Shown here: positions 54,519 to 63,750 of the stretch, one piece after another
Layout of the letters: each line of letters begins with the position of its first letter
Numbering within the stretch: the first letter of the stretch is position 1
Notes under the pieces: generated by a model
The model's database searches: none
Seen by the model: only the letters and a program-made list of their open reading frames with translations
Told to the model about the DNA's origin: nothing
Source of the DNA: Candidatus Omnitrophota bacterium
GTDB lineage: Bacteria; Omnitrophota; Gorgyraeia; Duberdicusellales; 4484-171
NCBI GenBank assembly: GCA_041652815.1
Contig: JBAZGN010000001.1
Location: 317,855 to 381,854 of the forward strand
Direction: 5' to 3'
DNA length: 64,000 nucleotides
Translations under genes and position numbers: made by a program

Positions 54519-56009
54519 ATGAATACGAATTTATACATCAACGGTGAATTCAAAGAAACTCCAAATAAGCAGGATGTAATTAATCCTTCAACCGGCGAAG
54601 TTATTGCTAAGGTGAGCATTGCGGAAAATGCGGAAGTTGAATATGCTATAAAATCCGCACGCAATTCAATTGATTACGGCTTATGGGGAAAGCTTAGTCT
54701 AGATGAACGCAAAAATTTTATTCTTAAAATATCGCAGGGAATCCTTGACCACGCCGCTGAATTAGCCAGCCTCGAAAGTTTAAATACCGGAAAACCTATC
54801 AAAGAAACAACCTTTATGGATATTCCTTCCAGCGCCGCTGCTTTTGAATATTTTGCAAATAATTTAGAGAAATATCTGGTAAAAGAAAGCATTGAAATAA
54901 ATTCATCTATTGCTAAGGCGCAGGGCAATCTTATACGTGAGCCCCAAGGCGTGGTTGTTTTGATTGTCCCCTGGAATTACCCGCTTCTAATAGCTTCTTG
55001 GAAAATGGCTCAGGCGCTGGCTGCGGGAAATGCTGTAATTCTAAAACCGTCAAGCTTAACGCCGCTTACGGCACTAATACTTGCAAAAATTGTAAATGAT
55101 GCGGGGCTACCCGCCGGTGCAGTAAATATTCTAAATGCCGATGGAGATACGGTTGGCAAGACTCTTTGTTCGGATAAGCGTGTGGATATGGTTTCTTTTA
55201 CAGGCTCAAATGCTGTAGGCAAGAAAATTATGGAATACGCATCTTCAAACGTAAAAAAACTGATTATGGAGCTTGGAGGAAAATCAGCAGGCATAGTTTT
55301 TAAAGATGCTGATTTGGAGTCGGCGGTAAACGGTTGCCTTTGCTCCATATTTTTAAATCAAGGTCAGATGTGTACGGCGATGTCGCGGATTTTTGTCCAA
55401 GATGAAATTTACGATAATTTTATAAATAATTTTTCCGCAAAAGCCGCGCGCATAAAACTGGGTAAGCCGGAAGATTTCGAAACCCAGATGGGCCCTTTAA
55501 TGTCCAGGCCACAACTGGAAAAAGTAATTTCTTATGTACAAAAAGCAAAAGCCCAAGGAGCAAAAATTGTCTGCGGAGGAAAAGCTCCTGATGGTGCGAG
55601 TCTAAAACAGGGATTCTTCTTTGAGCCGACAGTGCTTACGCAAGTTTTGCCATCAATGGCTATTTTCAGAGAAGAAGTTTTTGGGCCGGTAGTTTGCATC
55701 ACCAAATTTTCTGCCATAGAGGAAGTTATAAAACTTGCAAATGCTTCAGATTTTGCTTTAGCGGCATCCATATGGACAAAAGATAGCACAAAGGCGCAGC
55801 ATCTCGCGGCACAAATCAATGCCGGCACCGTATGGATTAATACCTATGGAATGTTTTTTAATGAGCTACCTTACGGCGGATTTAAGCAAAGCGGCTTTGG
55901 AAAAGAACTTGGGAAAGAGGGGTTTCTGGAATACACTAGGCTTAAGAATGTAATTACAGATAAAACTCAAGATTCAAAACCGTTGGTTAATTATTGGTAT
56001 GGCTTTTGA
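54519..56009 (+). CDS. NAD(P)+-dependent aldehyde dehydrogenase
   Basis: LELGGKSA, catalytic Cys in QGQMCTA, GFGKELGKEG. Confidence 0.85.
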   Translation: MNTNLYINGEFKETPNKQDVINPSTGEVIAKVSIAENAEVEYAIKSARNSIDYGLWGKLSLDERKNFILKISQGILDHAAELASLESLNTGKPIKETTFMDIPSSAAAFEYFANNLEKYLVKESIEINSSIAKAQGNLIREPQGVVVLIVPWNYPLLIASWKMAQALAAGNAVILKPSSLTPLTALILAKIVNDAGLPAGAVNILNADGDTVGKTLCSDKRVDMVSFTGSNAVGKKIMEYASSNVKKLIMELGGKSAGIVFKDADLESAVNGCLCSIFLNQGQMCTAMSRIFVQDEIYDNFINNFSAKAARIKLGKPEDFETQMGPLMSRPQLEKVISYVQKAKAQGAKIVCGGKAPDGASLKQGFFFEPTVLTQVLPSMAIFREEVFGPVVCITKFSAIEEVIKLANASDFALAASIWTKDSTKAQHLAAQINAGTVWINTYGMFFNELPYGGFKQSGFGKELGKEGFLEYTRLKNVITDKTQDSKPLVNYWYGF

Positions 56010-56010
56010 G

Positions 56011-56140
56011 ACGCGAATATTCGCGAATTCAAAACCTTGATAGTTTCTTAAGGTATAAACGCGAATCCACGCGAATGGGAAACAAAAGCGGATAAAACTA
56101 TTCGCGACCATTAGCGTTAGATTCGCGAAAATTAGCGTTT
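56011..56140. repeat. Compound palindrome, CGCGAATA family (I2)
   Basis: gacgcgaatattcgcgaattc...aaacgcgaatccacgcgaatggg...attcgcgaccattagcgttagattcgcgaaaattagcg. Confidence 0.85.
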
Positions 56141-56144
56141 AAAT

Positions 56145-57248
56145 ATGAGCGAGCATAAATACCGCGAAGCCGAAAGCCGCGATTATTTTTATAAAATCAT
56201 TAACTCAATACCTGACCCTATTTTCGTAAAAGATAGAGCTCATCGCTGGGTATTGCTTAATGAAGCGCACGCCCAGATGATTGGGATACCTACCGAGGAA
56301 ATGCTTGGTAAAACCGACCATGATTATTTTCCAAAAGAAGAGGCTGATATATTTTGGGCGAAAGACGAAGTTGTTTTTGAAACCGGCACCGAGAACGTAA
56401 ATGAAGAATTATGGACCGACTCTAAAGGGGTTGTACATACGATAGTTACTAAAAAAAATTTATACATAGACGATAAAGGCAATAAATTTATTGTCGGTGT
56501 TATCCGCGATATAACCGATTTAAAAAATACGCAGGAAAAACTAAAAGAAGCAAAGGACATCCAGTCGCGTTTTACTGCGGTTGTTTCGCATGAGCTGCGC
56601 ACCCCCCTTGCCGCAATCCGTACAGGCGTAAATATAATCTTAGACGGCCTCTCCGGGCCGATTAATTATGAGCAGAGGGATTTTCTCGAGATAGTCAAAA
56701 AAAATATTGAACGGCTTTCCCGCTTAATCAACGATGTTTTGGATTTTCAGAAGCTGGATTCAGGTAAGATGCATTTTGATATTAAACCTAATGATATAAA
56801 CGAAGTAATCGAAGAGGTCTATAAAGCAATGCATCATTTGGTAGAGAAGAAATATTTGAAATTTGTATTAAACTTGGATAAAAAAATACCGCACTTTTTA
56901 TTCGACAGGGATAGATTTATACAGGTAGTAACCAATCTAGTCAATAACGCCATAGCTTTTACCGACAAAGGTTCAATTGCTATTACAAGTAAATTGGAAG
57001 ATAAATTTGTGCATGTGGCAATTAAGGATACAGGTGTTGGCATAAGCGAGGAAAGCCTGCCTAGGCTATTTAATCCTTTTGAGCAGGCAGAGCGCCAGGA
57101 CAGCGGGAAAAGACAGGGTACGGGCCTTGGGCTTGCAATCTGCAAGGAAATAATTTTAAAGCATAAAGGAAAAATTTGGGCAGAGTCTAAGAGCGAGGAA
57201 GGCTCGATTTTTCATTTCTTAATGCCGATGGAGATGGAAAATGAGTAA
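56145..57248 (+). CDS. Cytoplasmic PAS-domain sensor histidine kinase
   Basis: PAS region, HisKA VVSHELRTPLAAI, HATPase_c (GTGLGLAICKEI). No TM segment. Confidence 0.85.
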   Translation: MSEHKYREAESRDYFYKIINSIPDPIFVKDRAHRWVLLNEAHAQMIGIPTEEMLGKTDHDYFPKEEADIFWAKDEVVFETGTENVNEELWTDSKGVVHTIVTKKNLYIDDKGNKFIVGVIRDITDLKNTQEKLKEAKDIQSRFTAVVSHELRTPLAAIRTGVNIILDGLSGPINYEQRDFLEIVKKNIERLSRLINDVLDFQKLDSGKMHFDIKPNDINEVIEEVYKAMHHLVEKKYLKFVLNLDKKIPHFLFDRDRFIQVVTNLVNNAIAFTDKGSIAITSKLEDKFVHVAIKDTGVGISEESLPRLFNPFEQAERQDSGKRQGTGLGLAICKEIILKHKGKIWAESKSEEGSIFHFLMPMEMENE

Positions 57249-57603
57249 AAAAATTCTCTTAGTGGATGACGAATCCGATATTCTAAAAGAAATATCTTTT
57301 ATTTTACAAAAAAAAGGCTTTACGGTTTTTACCGGTATAAACGGCAAGCAAGCAATTGAGCTTGCCGAAAAGGTTAGGCCGGATTTGATTATCCTTGATA
57401 TCTTTATGCCGTGTGTAAGCGGTTCGGAAGCCGGTAAGGCAATAAAACAACAATGCCACTTAAAGCACATTCCAATAATTCTGCTCACAGCAAGTATAGA
57501 TAATATCGAAGAAAAAAGATTAGAATGCATGGCGGATGATTATGTCTTTAAGCCCTTTGATTATCAGGAGCTATTGAAAAAAATAGATAAACTTATAAAA
57601 TAA
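57241..57603 (+). CDS. Single-domain response regulator (receiver only)
   Basis: KILLVDDE ... DLIILDIFMP ... KP. 120 aa. Confidence 0.8.
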   Translation: MSKKILLVDDESDILKEISFILQKKGFTVFTGINGKQAIELAEKVRPDLIILDIFMPCVSGSEAGKAIKQQCHLKHIPIILLTASIDNIEEKRLECMADDYVFKPFDYQELLKKIDKLIK

Positions 57604-57607
57604 TAAA

Positions 57608-57988
57608 ATGGATAATAAACGAGTACTGATAATAGATGACGAAGTTGATTTCCTTACCCTGATAAAAAAAAGGGTAGAGTCCTGGGGTTACAGGGTAATT
57701 ACGGCGCGCTGCGGGGAAGATGCCCTTGAAGCATTGGATACTACATCCCCGCGTGTGATTATACTGGATTATATGATGCCGGATATAAACGGTATTGAGT
57801 TGTTGCGGAAAATCCGCAAAACCAACAAGAAAATACCCGTTATAATGTTTACTGCGCAGCCCACGATGAAGGCTATGGCAGAGGCAAAAGAGCTTAATAT
57901 CGTTGCATTTATCCCCAAGGAAAGCTCCATGGTAGATACGGAAAAATCCTTAAAAATGGCCCTGGAGTTGATTTTCCAGAATCCTTGA
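57608..57988 (+). CDS. Second single-domain response regulator
   Basis: RVLIIDDE ... VIILDYMMPDINGIEL ... FIPKE. Confidence 0.8.
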   Translation: MDNKRVLIIDDEVDFLTLIKKRVESWGYRVITARCGEDALEALDTTSPRVIILDYMMPDINGIELLRKIRKTNKKIPVIMFTAQPTMKAMAEAKELNIVAFIPKESSMVDTEKSLKMALELIFQNP

Positions 57989-57989
57989 T

Positions 57990-58082
57990 AGCACAGACTA
58001 TCACAGATTTTTAAGCGGATGATCACAGATAAAATCATCTGCGATTATCTGTGATTTCTCATCTGTGACCATCTGTGTCTTG
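57990..58082. repeat. Stand-alone CACAGAT-family palindrome
   Basis: gcacagactatcacagatttttaagcggatgatcacagataaaatcatctgcgattatctgtgatttctcatctgtgaccatctgtg. Confidence 0.9.
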
Positions 58083-58121
58083 GGGTTTACTTATTCAGCT
58101 AAAAATGGTATACTATCCAAA

Positions 58122-58703
58122 ATGTTGTTAGCCGTGAGTGAAGAAAAAAAAGAAATAAGAAAGAAATTACTAGCCAAACTCTTTTCTTTAACCAGAGAAG
58201 AGTTAAAAAGGAGGAGTCAGAATGTTGAAAAACGCTTATCAAGCTTACCTATATACAAACGTGCAAAAGTCGTCATGGTTTATTACCCTTTAAAGGATGA
58301 AGTAGATATTTTGCGGATGGTTAGGAGAGATTTGGGATTAAAGCGATTTTGCTTTCCATTTATGGATTTAGAAAAAAAAGATTTAGAGGTTTACGAGATA
58401 AATAATCTGGAGGAGGATTTTTCGGCCGGCCCCTATGGAATTATGCAACCTGACCCGAAAAAGACAAAAAAAGTGGACATTAAAGAAATAGATATGGTTA
58501 TTGTGCCGGCTGTTGCCTTTGACCGAAATTATAACCGGTTGGGCAGGGGCAAAGGGTTTTATGACCATTTTCTAAAAAAGATAAATCCTCCTTGTAAAAA
58601 AGTAGGCATCGCTTTCGAATCCCAAATCCTAGACGACCTTCCTATCCATCCTTCCCTGGATGAAAAAGTTGACGTAATCGTCAGCGAAAATTCCTGTGTT
58701 TAA
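58122..58703 (+). CDS. 5-formyltetrahydrofolate cyclo-ligase (MTHFS)
   Basis: IVPAVAFDRNYNRLGRGKGFYD. Start ATG 58122 (MLLAVSEEKKEIRKKL). The ORF-track extension from 58065 lies in the repeat. Confidence 0.75.
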   Translation: MLLAVSEEKKEIRKKLLAKLFSLTREELKRRSQNVEKRLSSLPIYKRAKVVMVYYPLKDEVDILRMVRRDLGLKRFCFPFMDLEKKDLEVYEINNLEEDFSAGPYGIMQPDPKKTKKVDIKEIDMVIVPAVAFDRNYNRLGRGKGFYDHFLKKINPPCKKVGIAFESQILDDLPIHPSLDEKVDVIVSENSCV

Positions 58704-58749
58704 TTAAACTAAAACTTGGCTTAAATTAGTTCCTTCGAAGGAGGTAATT

Positions 58750-60300
58750 ATGGGTATTATTTACGTATTATTGGGTATTGTTGCCGGCCTGGTTTCAGGA
58801 TGGTGGCTCGGCGAAATTTTCGAAAAAAATAAGCTTAAAAAAGCAAAAGATGATGCGGACAAAATCCTAAAAGAAGCAAAGTTAAAAGGCGAAGAAGCCA
58901 TTCGCAAGGCCGATTTAGACGGAAAAGAATTGCTTTATAAACTGCGAATGGATTTCGATAAGCAGCACGCCGGAAAAAAAGAAGAACTGTTTCAATTAGA
59001 AAAAAGGCTCATCCAGCGCGAAGAAAATCTTGAAAAAAGGCTGGATTTTATCGAGACCAAAGAACAGGAGCTTTCTGCAAGAGAGGCAAACCTTAAAAAA
59101 CTTTCCCAGGAGCTTGAAAATAAGAATGAAAATTTACGGCAGTTAATTGAAGAAGAAAAAGAAAAATTAAAAAAGATTTCTTCTCTTACCCAGGAAGAAG
59201 CAAGAGAGCTTCTGCTTAAACGATATGAAGAAGAATTAAGGTCAGAAAAAGCAAAATTGATAAGGGTAATGGAAGAAGAAGTTAAGGAAGAAGCTGAAAA
59301 GAAAGCTAAAGAAGTAGTTTCTCTTGCCATACAAAGATGTGCGGTTGAGCAGACTACCGAAACTACAGTAAGCGTTGTGCAGCTTCCTAATGATGAAATA
59401 AAAGGCAGAATTATAGGCCGCGAGGGCAGAAATATCAGGGCATTTGAAATGGCAACCGGGGTCGATTTGGTTATAGACGATACGCCCGAGGCGGTTAATC
59501 TTTCAAGCTTTGATCCAATAAGAAGAGAAGTCGCGCGCATCTCGCTTGAAAGGCTTATCCAGGACGGAAGAATCCATCCGGCAAGGATAGAAGAGATTGT
59601 TGAGAAAACCAAGCAGGATTTTGAAAAGCAATTAATGGAGGAAGGCAAGGCCGCTGCTTTTGAAATAGGCGTGCACAATCTTCATCCGGAGATGATAAAG
59701 CTTTTGGGGAAATTAAAATACCGTACCAGTTTTGGCCAGAATGCGCTTCAGCACTCGAAAGAAGTGGCTTTTATCATGGGAGTTCTTGCTTCAGAGCTTG
59801 AACTTGACCCCCGGCTTGCAAAAAGAGCAGGCCTCTTGCATGATATCGGCAAAGCAGTAGACCATCAGGTTGAAGGAACGCATGCTCAAATAGGCGCGGA
59901 ACTTTTAAAAAAGTACGGTGAAAACGAAACAGTTGTAAACGCCGCAGAAGCTCATCACGAAGAAAAAGAATTTAGTTCCATATATTCGCTTCTCGCTCTT
60001 ATATCCGATGCTATTTCCGCGTCCCGTCCCGGAGCAAGAAGGGAAACGCTCGAGAGTTATATTAAAAGATTAAGACAGCTTGAGACTATAGCCAATTCTT
60101 TCCCGGGCGTTGATAAAAGTTATGCTATTTCTGCCGGACGCGAAATAAGAGTGATAATTCAGCCAAGCAAGGTAAAAGATGAAGAGGTTGCCCTTCTCGC
60201 TCATGAAGTAAAAAAGAAGATAGAGGCTGAAATGGATTACCCCGGTAACATAAAGATAACAGCGATACGGGAAACCAGGGCAATCGATTACGCTAAATAG
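58750..60300 (+). CDS. rny: Ribonuclease Y
   Basis: N-terminal TM helix, coiled coil, KH domain (GRIIGREGRNIRAFE), HD domain (LLHDIGKA). Confidence 0.9.
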   Translation: MGIIYVLLGIVAGLVSGWWLGEIFEKNKLKKAKDDADKILKEAKLKGEEAIRKADLDGKELLYKLRMDFDKQHAGKKEELFQLEKRLIQREENLEKRLDFIETKEQELSAREANLKKLSQELENKNENLRQLIEEEKEKLKKISSLTQEEARELLLKRYEEELRSEKAKLIRVMEEEVKEEAEKKAKEVVSLAIQRCAVEQTTETTVSVVQLPNDEIKGRIIGREGRNIRAFEMATGVDLVIDDTPEAVNLSSFDPIRREVARISLERLIQDGRIHPARIEEIVEKTKQDFEKQLMEEGKAAAFEIGVHNLHPEMIKLLGKLKYRTSFGQNALQHSKEVAFIMGVLASELELDPRLAKRAGLLHDIGKAVDHQVEGTHAQIGAELLKKYGENETVVNAAEAHHEEKEFSSIYSLLALISDAISASRPGARRETLESYIKRLRQLETIANSFPGVDKSYAISAGREIRVIIQPSKVKDEEVALLAHEVKKKIEAEMDYPGNIKITAIRETRAIDYAK

Positions 60301-60375
60301 TCTACAGTCCATAGAGAGCGAAGCCTCCCCGCAGGGGACCATAGTCCACAGTTCCAATCTATGGACTATGGACTA
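60299..60375. repeat. Compound palindrome, GGACTATGGACT family (H2)
   Basis: agtctacagtccatagagagcgaagcctccccgcaggggaccatagtccacagttccaatctatggactatggact. Confidence 0.85.
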
Positions 60376-60421
60376 AAATTAAGATTGTTGATTCAACAAA
60401 AAGTATTAAAATATAATAATT

Positions 60422-61213
60422 ATGAAGATTTTATTCCTTGGCGATATAGTGGGAAAGCCGGCCAGAATCTATCTGAAAGAGCTTCTCCCGTCTTTAAGAA
60501 AAAGCTTAAGCCTTGATTTTATAGTTGCAAACGGAGAAAACGCTGCCGGCGGTTCAAGTATTACTCCGGATACAGCATCGGATCTTTTTAACAGCTCAAT
60601 TGATGTAATTACCACAGGCGACCACATATTCAAAAAGCAGGAATCAAAGCAGGTGCTTGAGACAATGGATGTTGTGCGTCCGCTTAATTATGGCGAACTC
60701 GCAGCAGGCAGGGGCTATCTCATAAAAGAAGTAAGCAATAAAAAAATAGGCGTCGTTAATCTCCTGGGAAGGGTATTTATGCCGCCGATGGACTGTCCTT
60801 TTAGAGCAGTCAGAAATATAATCGAAGACTTAAGAAGTAAAGTTAAGGTAATTATTGTTGATATGCATGCTGAGGCAACGAGCGAAAAGCTTGCAATGGG
60901 GTATTTTCTTTCAGGCAAAGTGACAGCTGTAGTTGGCACGCACACGCACATACCAACAGCGGATGAAAGAATAATCGACGATTTTACTGCCTACATTACC
61001 GACGTTGGAATGACAGGAAGCTTTGATTCGGTTTTAGGCAGGGAAAAACATCAGATAATTGAGCGTTTTGTTACAAATATGCCGGTTCGTTTTAATTTAG
61101 CACAAGGCGATGTGCGTATGCAGGGCGTAATAATTGAAACAGATGATACAACCGGCAAGGCGCTTTCTATAAAAAGGGTGGAATATAAACAAGACACAGA
61201 TGATCACAGATGA
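60422..61213 (+). CDS. ymdB: YmdB-like metallophosphoesterase (TIGR00282 family)
   Basis: MKILFLGDIVGKPAR, GENAAGG. Conserved position downstream of rny, as in Firmicutes. Confidence 0.8.
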   Translation: MKILFLGDIVGKPARIYLKELLPSLRKSLSLDFIVANGENAAGGSSITPDTASDLFNSSIDVITTGDHIFKKQESKQVLETMDVVRPLNYGELAAGRGYLIKEVSNKKIGVVNLLGRVFMPPMDCPFRAVRNIIEDLRSKVKVIIVDMHAEATSEKLAMGYFLSGKVTAVVGTHTHIPTADERIIDDFTAYITDVGMTGSFDSVLGREKHQIIERFVTNMPVRFNLAQGDVRMQGVIIETDDTTGKALSIKRVEYKQDTDDHR

Positions 61214-61285
61214 GAAGAAAAAACACAGATGATCACAGAAGATTTTATCTGCGATCATCTGTTTTGCATCTGTGCTAATCTGTGT
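61192..61285. repeat. Stand-alone CACAGAT-family palindrome (overlaps the ymdB 3' end)
   Basis: acacagatgatcacagatgagaagaaaaaacacagatgatcacagaagattttatctgcgatcatctgttttgcatctgtgctaatctgtg. Confidence 0.9.
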
Positions 61286-61307
61286 AACCGAACGAAGTGA
61301 GGTTAAA

Positions 61308-61667
61308 ATGGATTATCAAGGTATAGAAAAACGTAGATTCGTAAGAGCAAAATTCCCTTGCTGTATTACCATTCATACTTTACACGACCACATAATAACT
61401 ACGTATACCGAAAATATTTCCGCCGGGGGAGTGCGTGTGATAATTGAAGAAAAACTCGAGATGGCTTCTACGGTTGGTTTGGAAATACAGATTAATAAAA
61501 ACATTATCGTATGCAAGGGAAGGATAGTCTGGGTTGTCGACCGTGAAAGCCCTTATAAAAAAGGCGTGCTTTATCATGATACCGGTATAGAATTCTATGA
61601 AATAAAGGAAAGTGACAGGTGCATCATACACGATGCCATAGACGAAATTCTTAAAGGCGAAAAATGA
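61308..61667 (+). CDS. PilZ-domain protein (putative c-di-GMP receptor)
   Basis: RRFVRAKF and ENISAGGVRV match the PilZ RxxxR / DxSxxG motifs. SD GAGG before ATG 61308. Confidence 0.7.
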   Translation: MDYQGIEKRRFVRAKFPCCITIHTLHDHIITTYTENISAGGVRVIIEEKLEMASTVGLEIQINKNIIVCKGRIVWVVDRESPYKKGVLYHDTGIEFYEIKESDRCIIHDAIDEILKGEK

Positions 61668-63538
61668 TTCTAGAGAATATAAATTCCCCAAAAGACCTTA
61701 AGGCTCTTGATATCGATAAGCTAAATATTCTAAGCCAGGAAATAAGAGACTTAATCGTTACGGTAGTTTCCAAAAAAGGCGGCCATCTTGCCTCATCTTT
61801 AGGCGCGGTTGAATTAACTATTGCGCTACACTATCTTCTCGATACTCCGCAAGATACAATTATTTTTGACGTCGGGCATCAAATCTATGCGCACAAGATA
61901 TTAACCGGCAGGCGGCAATCTTTTGTTAATTTGCGAGAACATAAGGGTATAAGCGGATTTCCGAACTCAGCGGAATCCGCATACGATACTTATATATCAG
62001 GGCATGCTTCAACAGCTGTTTCCTGGGTGCAAGGCATATCTGAGGCAAAGAAAATAAAGAAAAACAATTCAAAGACTGTTGCGATAGTCGGTGATGGCTC
62101 TCTAACCGGTGGTATGTGTTTTGAGGCACTTAACGCCTGCGGGCACGCTCAAAGCGATTGTTTGGTTATTTTAAATCATAACGAAATGAGTATCTCTCCA
62201 TCAGTAGGCGCACTTAGCAACTATCTTGTTAAGATTACTTCAATGCCGGTTTATAACCGCATAAAAAATGAATTGGAATCTTTTCTCGACCACTTTGCGA
62301 TTACAAAAAAATTAACCATTAAAGCAAAGAGATTTGAAGAAGCCCTCAAGGGCCTGATTGTTCCTGGTATATTTTTCGAAGAACTCGGGTTTAGGTATTT
62401 CGGGCCTATTGACGGGCACGATTTTAATAAACTCCTCCCAACGCTTAAAAACATTATTCCCTTAAAAGGGCCAAAAATACTTCATATTATTACCAAGAAA
62501 GGAAAAGGCTATAAACCCTCAGAAGACAATCCGGAAGATTTTCATAGCGCATCGAAATTCGATGTAGCTACCGGATTGGCCGTAAGCGAAACTAAAGACG
62601 GTTTTGGCGAAGTTTTTTCAAAGAAACTGATTGAGCTTGCCAAGAAAGATAAAAGAATTGTTGCTATAACCGCGGCTATGCCTAAGGGAACCGGACTGCA
62701 TTTATTTAAAGAGCAATTCCCGGACAGGCTTTATGATGTGGGTATTGCCGAGCCTCACGCAGTGGGCTTTGCCAGCGGCCTCGCTAAGGGAGGGATTAAG
62801 CCGGTAGTTGCACTGTATTCTACATTCCTCCAAAGGTCATTTGACCAGATAATTCACGACGTGGCATTGCAGAATTTAAACGTAGTTTTTGCGATAGACC
62901 GCGCAGGCGCCGTAGGCGAAGATGGACCAACGCATCATGGTGTTTTTGATATAGGTTATTTAAGAATGATTCCTAACATGGTTTGTGTGGCGCCTAAAGA
63001 CAGCCGCGAGCTTGAGGATAGTTTGGAATTTGCACTTAGCCTGAATTCGCCTTGCAGTATCCGTTATCCAAAAGGTGAAGCTTATTCGTTAGGGTTCGAT
63101 GAAAAAATTTCATTAGGAAAATCACAAATTATCTGCGAAGGAAAAGATGTGTGCATAATTGCGCTCGGTGCCATGGTTAAAAATGCTCTTAATTGTGTAG
63201 CGTTGCTTAAAGGCGAGGGAATCAGCGCTTTATTAGTAAATGCCAGGTTTATAAAACCTCTCGATGAAAACCTGCTTAATTATATAGGAAACAATTTTAA
63301 AGTGATAGTTACGCTTGAGGAAGGCAATTTGGCTTGCGGTTTCGGCAGCGCTATCGCAGAATTTTTCGGTAATGTTGGTATTTCTGAAAAAGTTAAATTA
63401 ATCCGCGCGGGCTTTCCTGATGAATTCATTACTTTCGCAAAAAGAGAGAAACTTTTTGAAATATATGGCTTAGACGGCGCCTCTTTAGCAAGCCGCATCA
63501 AACACGTTTTGGTAAATGAAATTCTTCTTCAAAAATGA
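61664..63538 (+). CDS. dxs: 1-deoxy-D-xylulose-5-phosphate synthase
   Basis: 624 aa, TPP motif GDGSLTGGM, transketolase-like C-terminus. ATGA overlap with the upstream gene. Confidence 0.9.
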   Translation: MILENINSPKDLKALDIDKLNILSQEIRDLIVTVVSKKGGHLASSLGAVELTIALHYLLDTPQDTIIFDVGHQIYAHKILTGRRQSFVNLREHKGISGFPNSAESAYDTYISGHASTAVSWVQGISEAKKIKKNNSKTVAIVGDGSLTGGMCFEALNACGHAQSDCLVILNHNEMSISPSVGALSNYLVKITSMPVYNRIKNELESFLDHFAITKKLTIKAKRFEEALKGLIVPGIFFEELGFRYFGPIDGHDFNKLLPTLKNIIPLKGPKILHIITKKGKGYKPSEDNPEDFHSASKFDVATGLAVSETKDGFGEVFSKKLIELAKKDKRIVAITAAMPKGTGLHLFKEQFPDRLYDVGIAEPHAVGFASGLAKGGIKPVVALYSTFLQRSFDQIIHDVALQNLNVVFAIDRAGAVGEDGPTHHGVFDIGYLRMIPNMVCVAPKDSRELEDSLEFALSLNSPCSIRYPKGEAYSLGFDEKISLGKSQIICEGKDVCIIALGAMVKNALNCVALLKGEGISALLVNARFIKPLDENLLNYIGNNFKVIVTLEEGNLACGFGSAIAEFFGNVGISEKVKLIRAGFPDEFITFAKREKLFEIYGLDGASLASRIKHVLVNEILLQK

Positions 63539-63750
63539 ATGCTCCAATCATTATCTCAATAGACAAAGAAAAATGCAAAGGTTGTCAGCTTTGTATTTTC
63601 TTTTGTCCTTCAAAAAATCTTGTTTTGTCGCAAGATCTGAATAAAAAAGGAATAAAATACGCTAAAGTCAAAAATACATCCTCTTGCAGCGGATGCGGTT
63701 TCTGTTTCCTGGTTTGCCCGGATTGTTGTATAGAAATATGCGAAAAATAG
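63535..63750 (+). CDS. 2x[4Fe-4S] ferredoxin (probable delta subunit of a 2-oxoacid:ferredoxin oxidoreductase)
   Basis: CKGCQLCIFFCP and CSGCGFCFLVCP. Confidence 0.7.
   Translation: MNAPIIISIDKEKCKGCQLCIFFCPSKNLVLSQDLNKKGIKYAKVKNTSSCSGCGFCFLVCPDCCIEICEK

Noticed and set aside
58992-59678. 228-aa Ser-rich ORF antisense to rny
   Set aside because: It is a shadow of the Glu/Lys-rich coiled-coil region of RNase Y read on the opposite strand.
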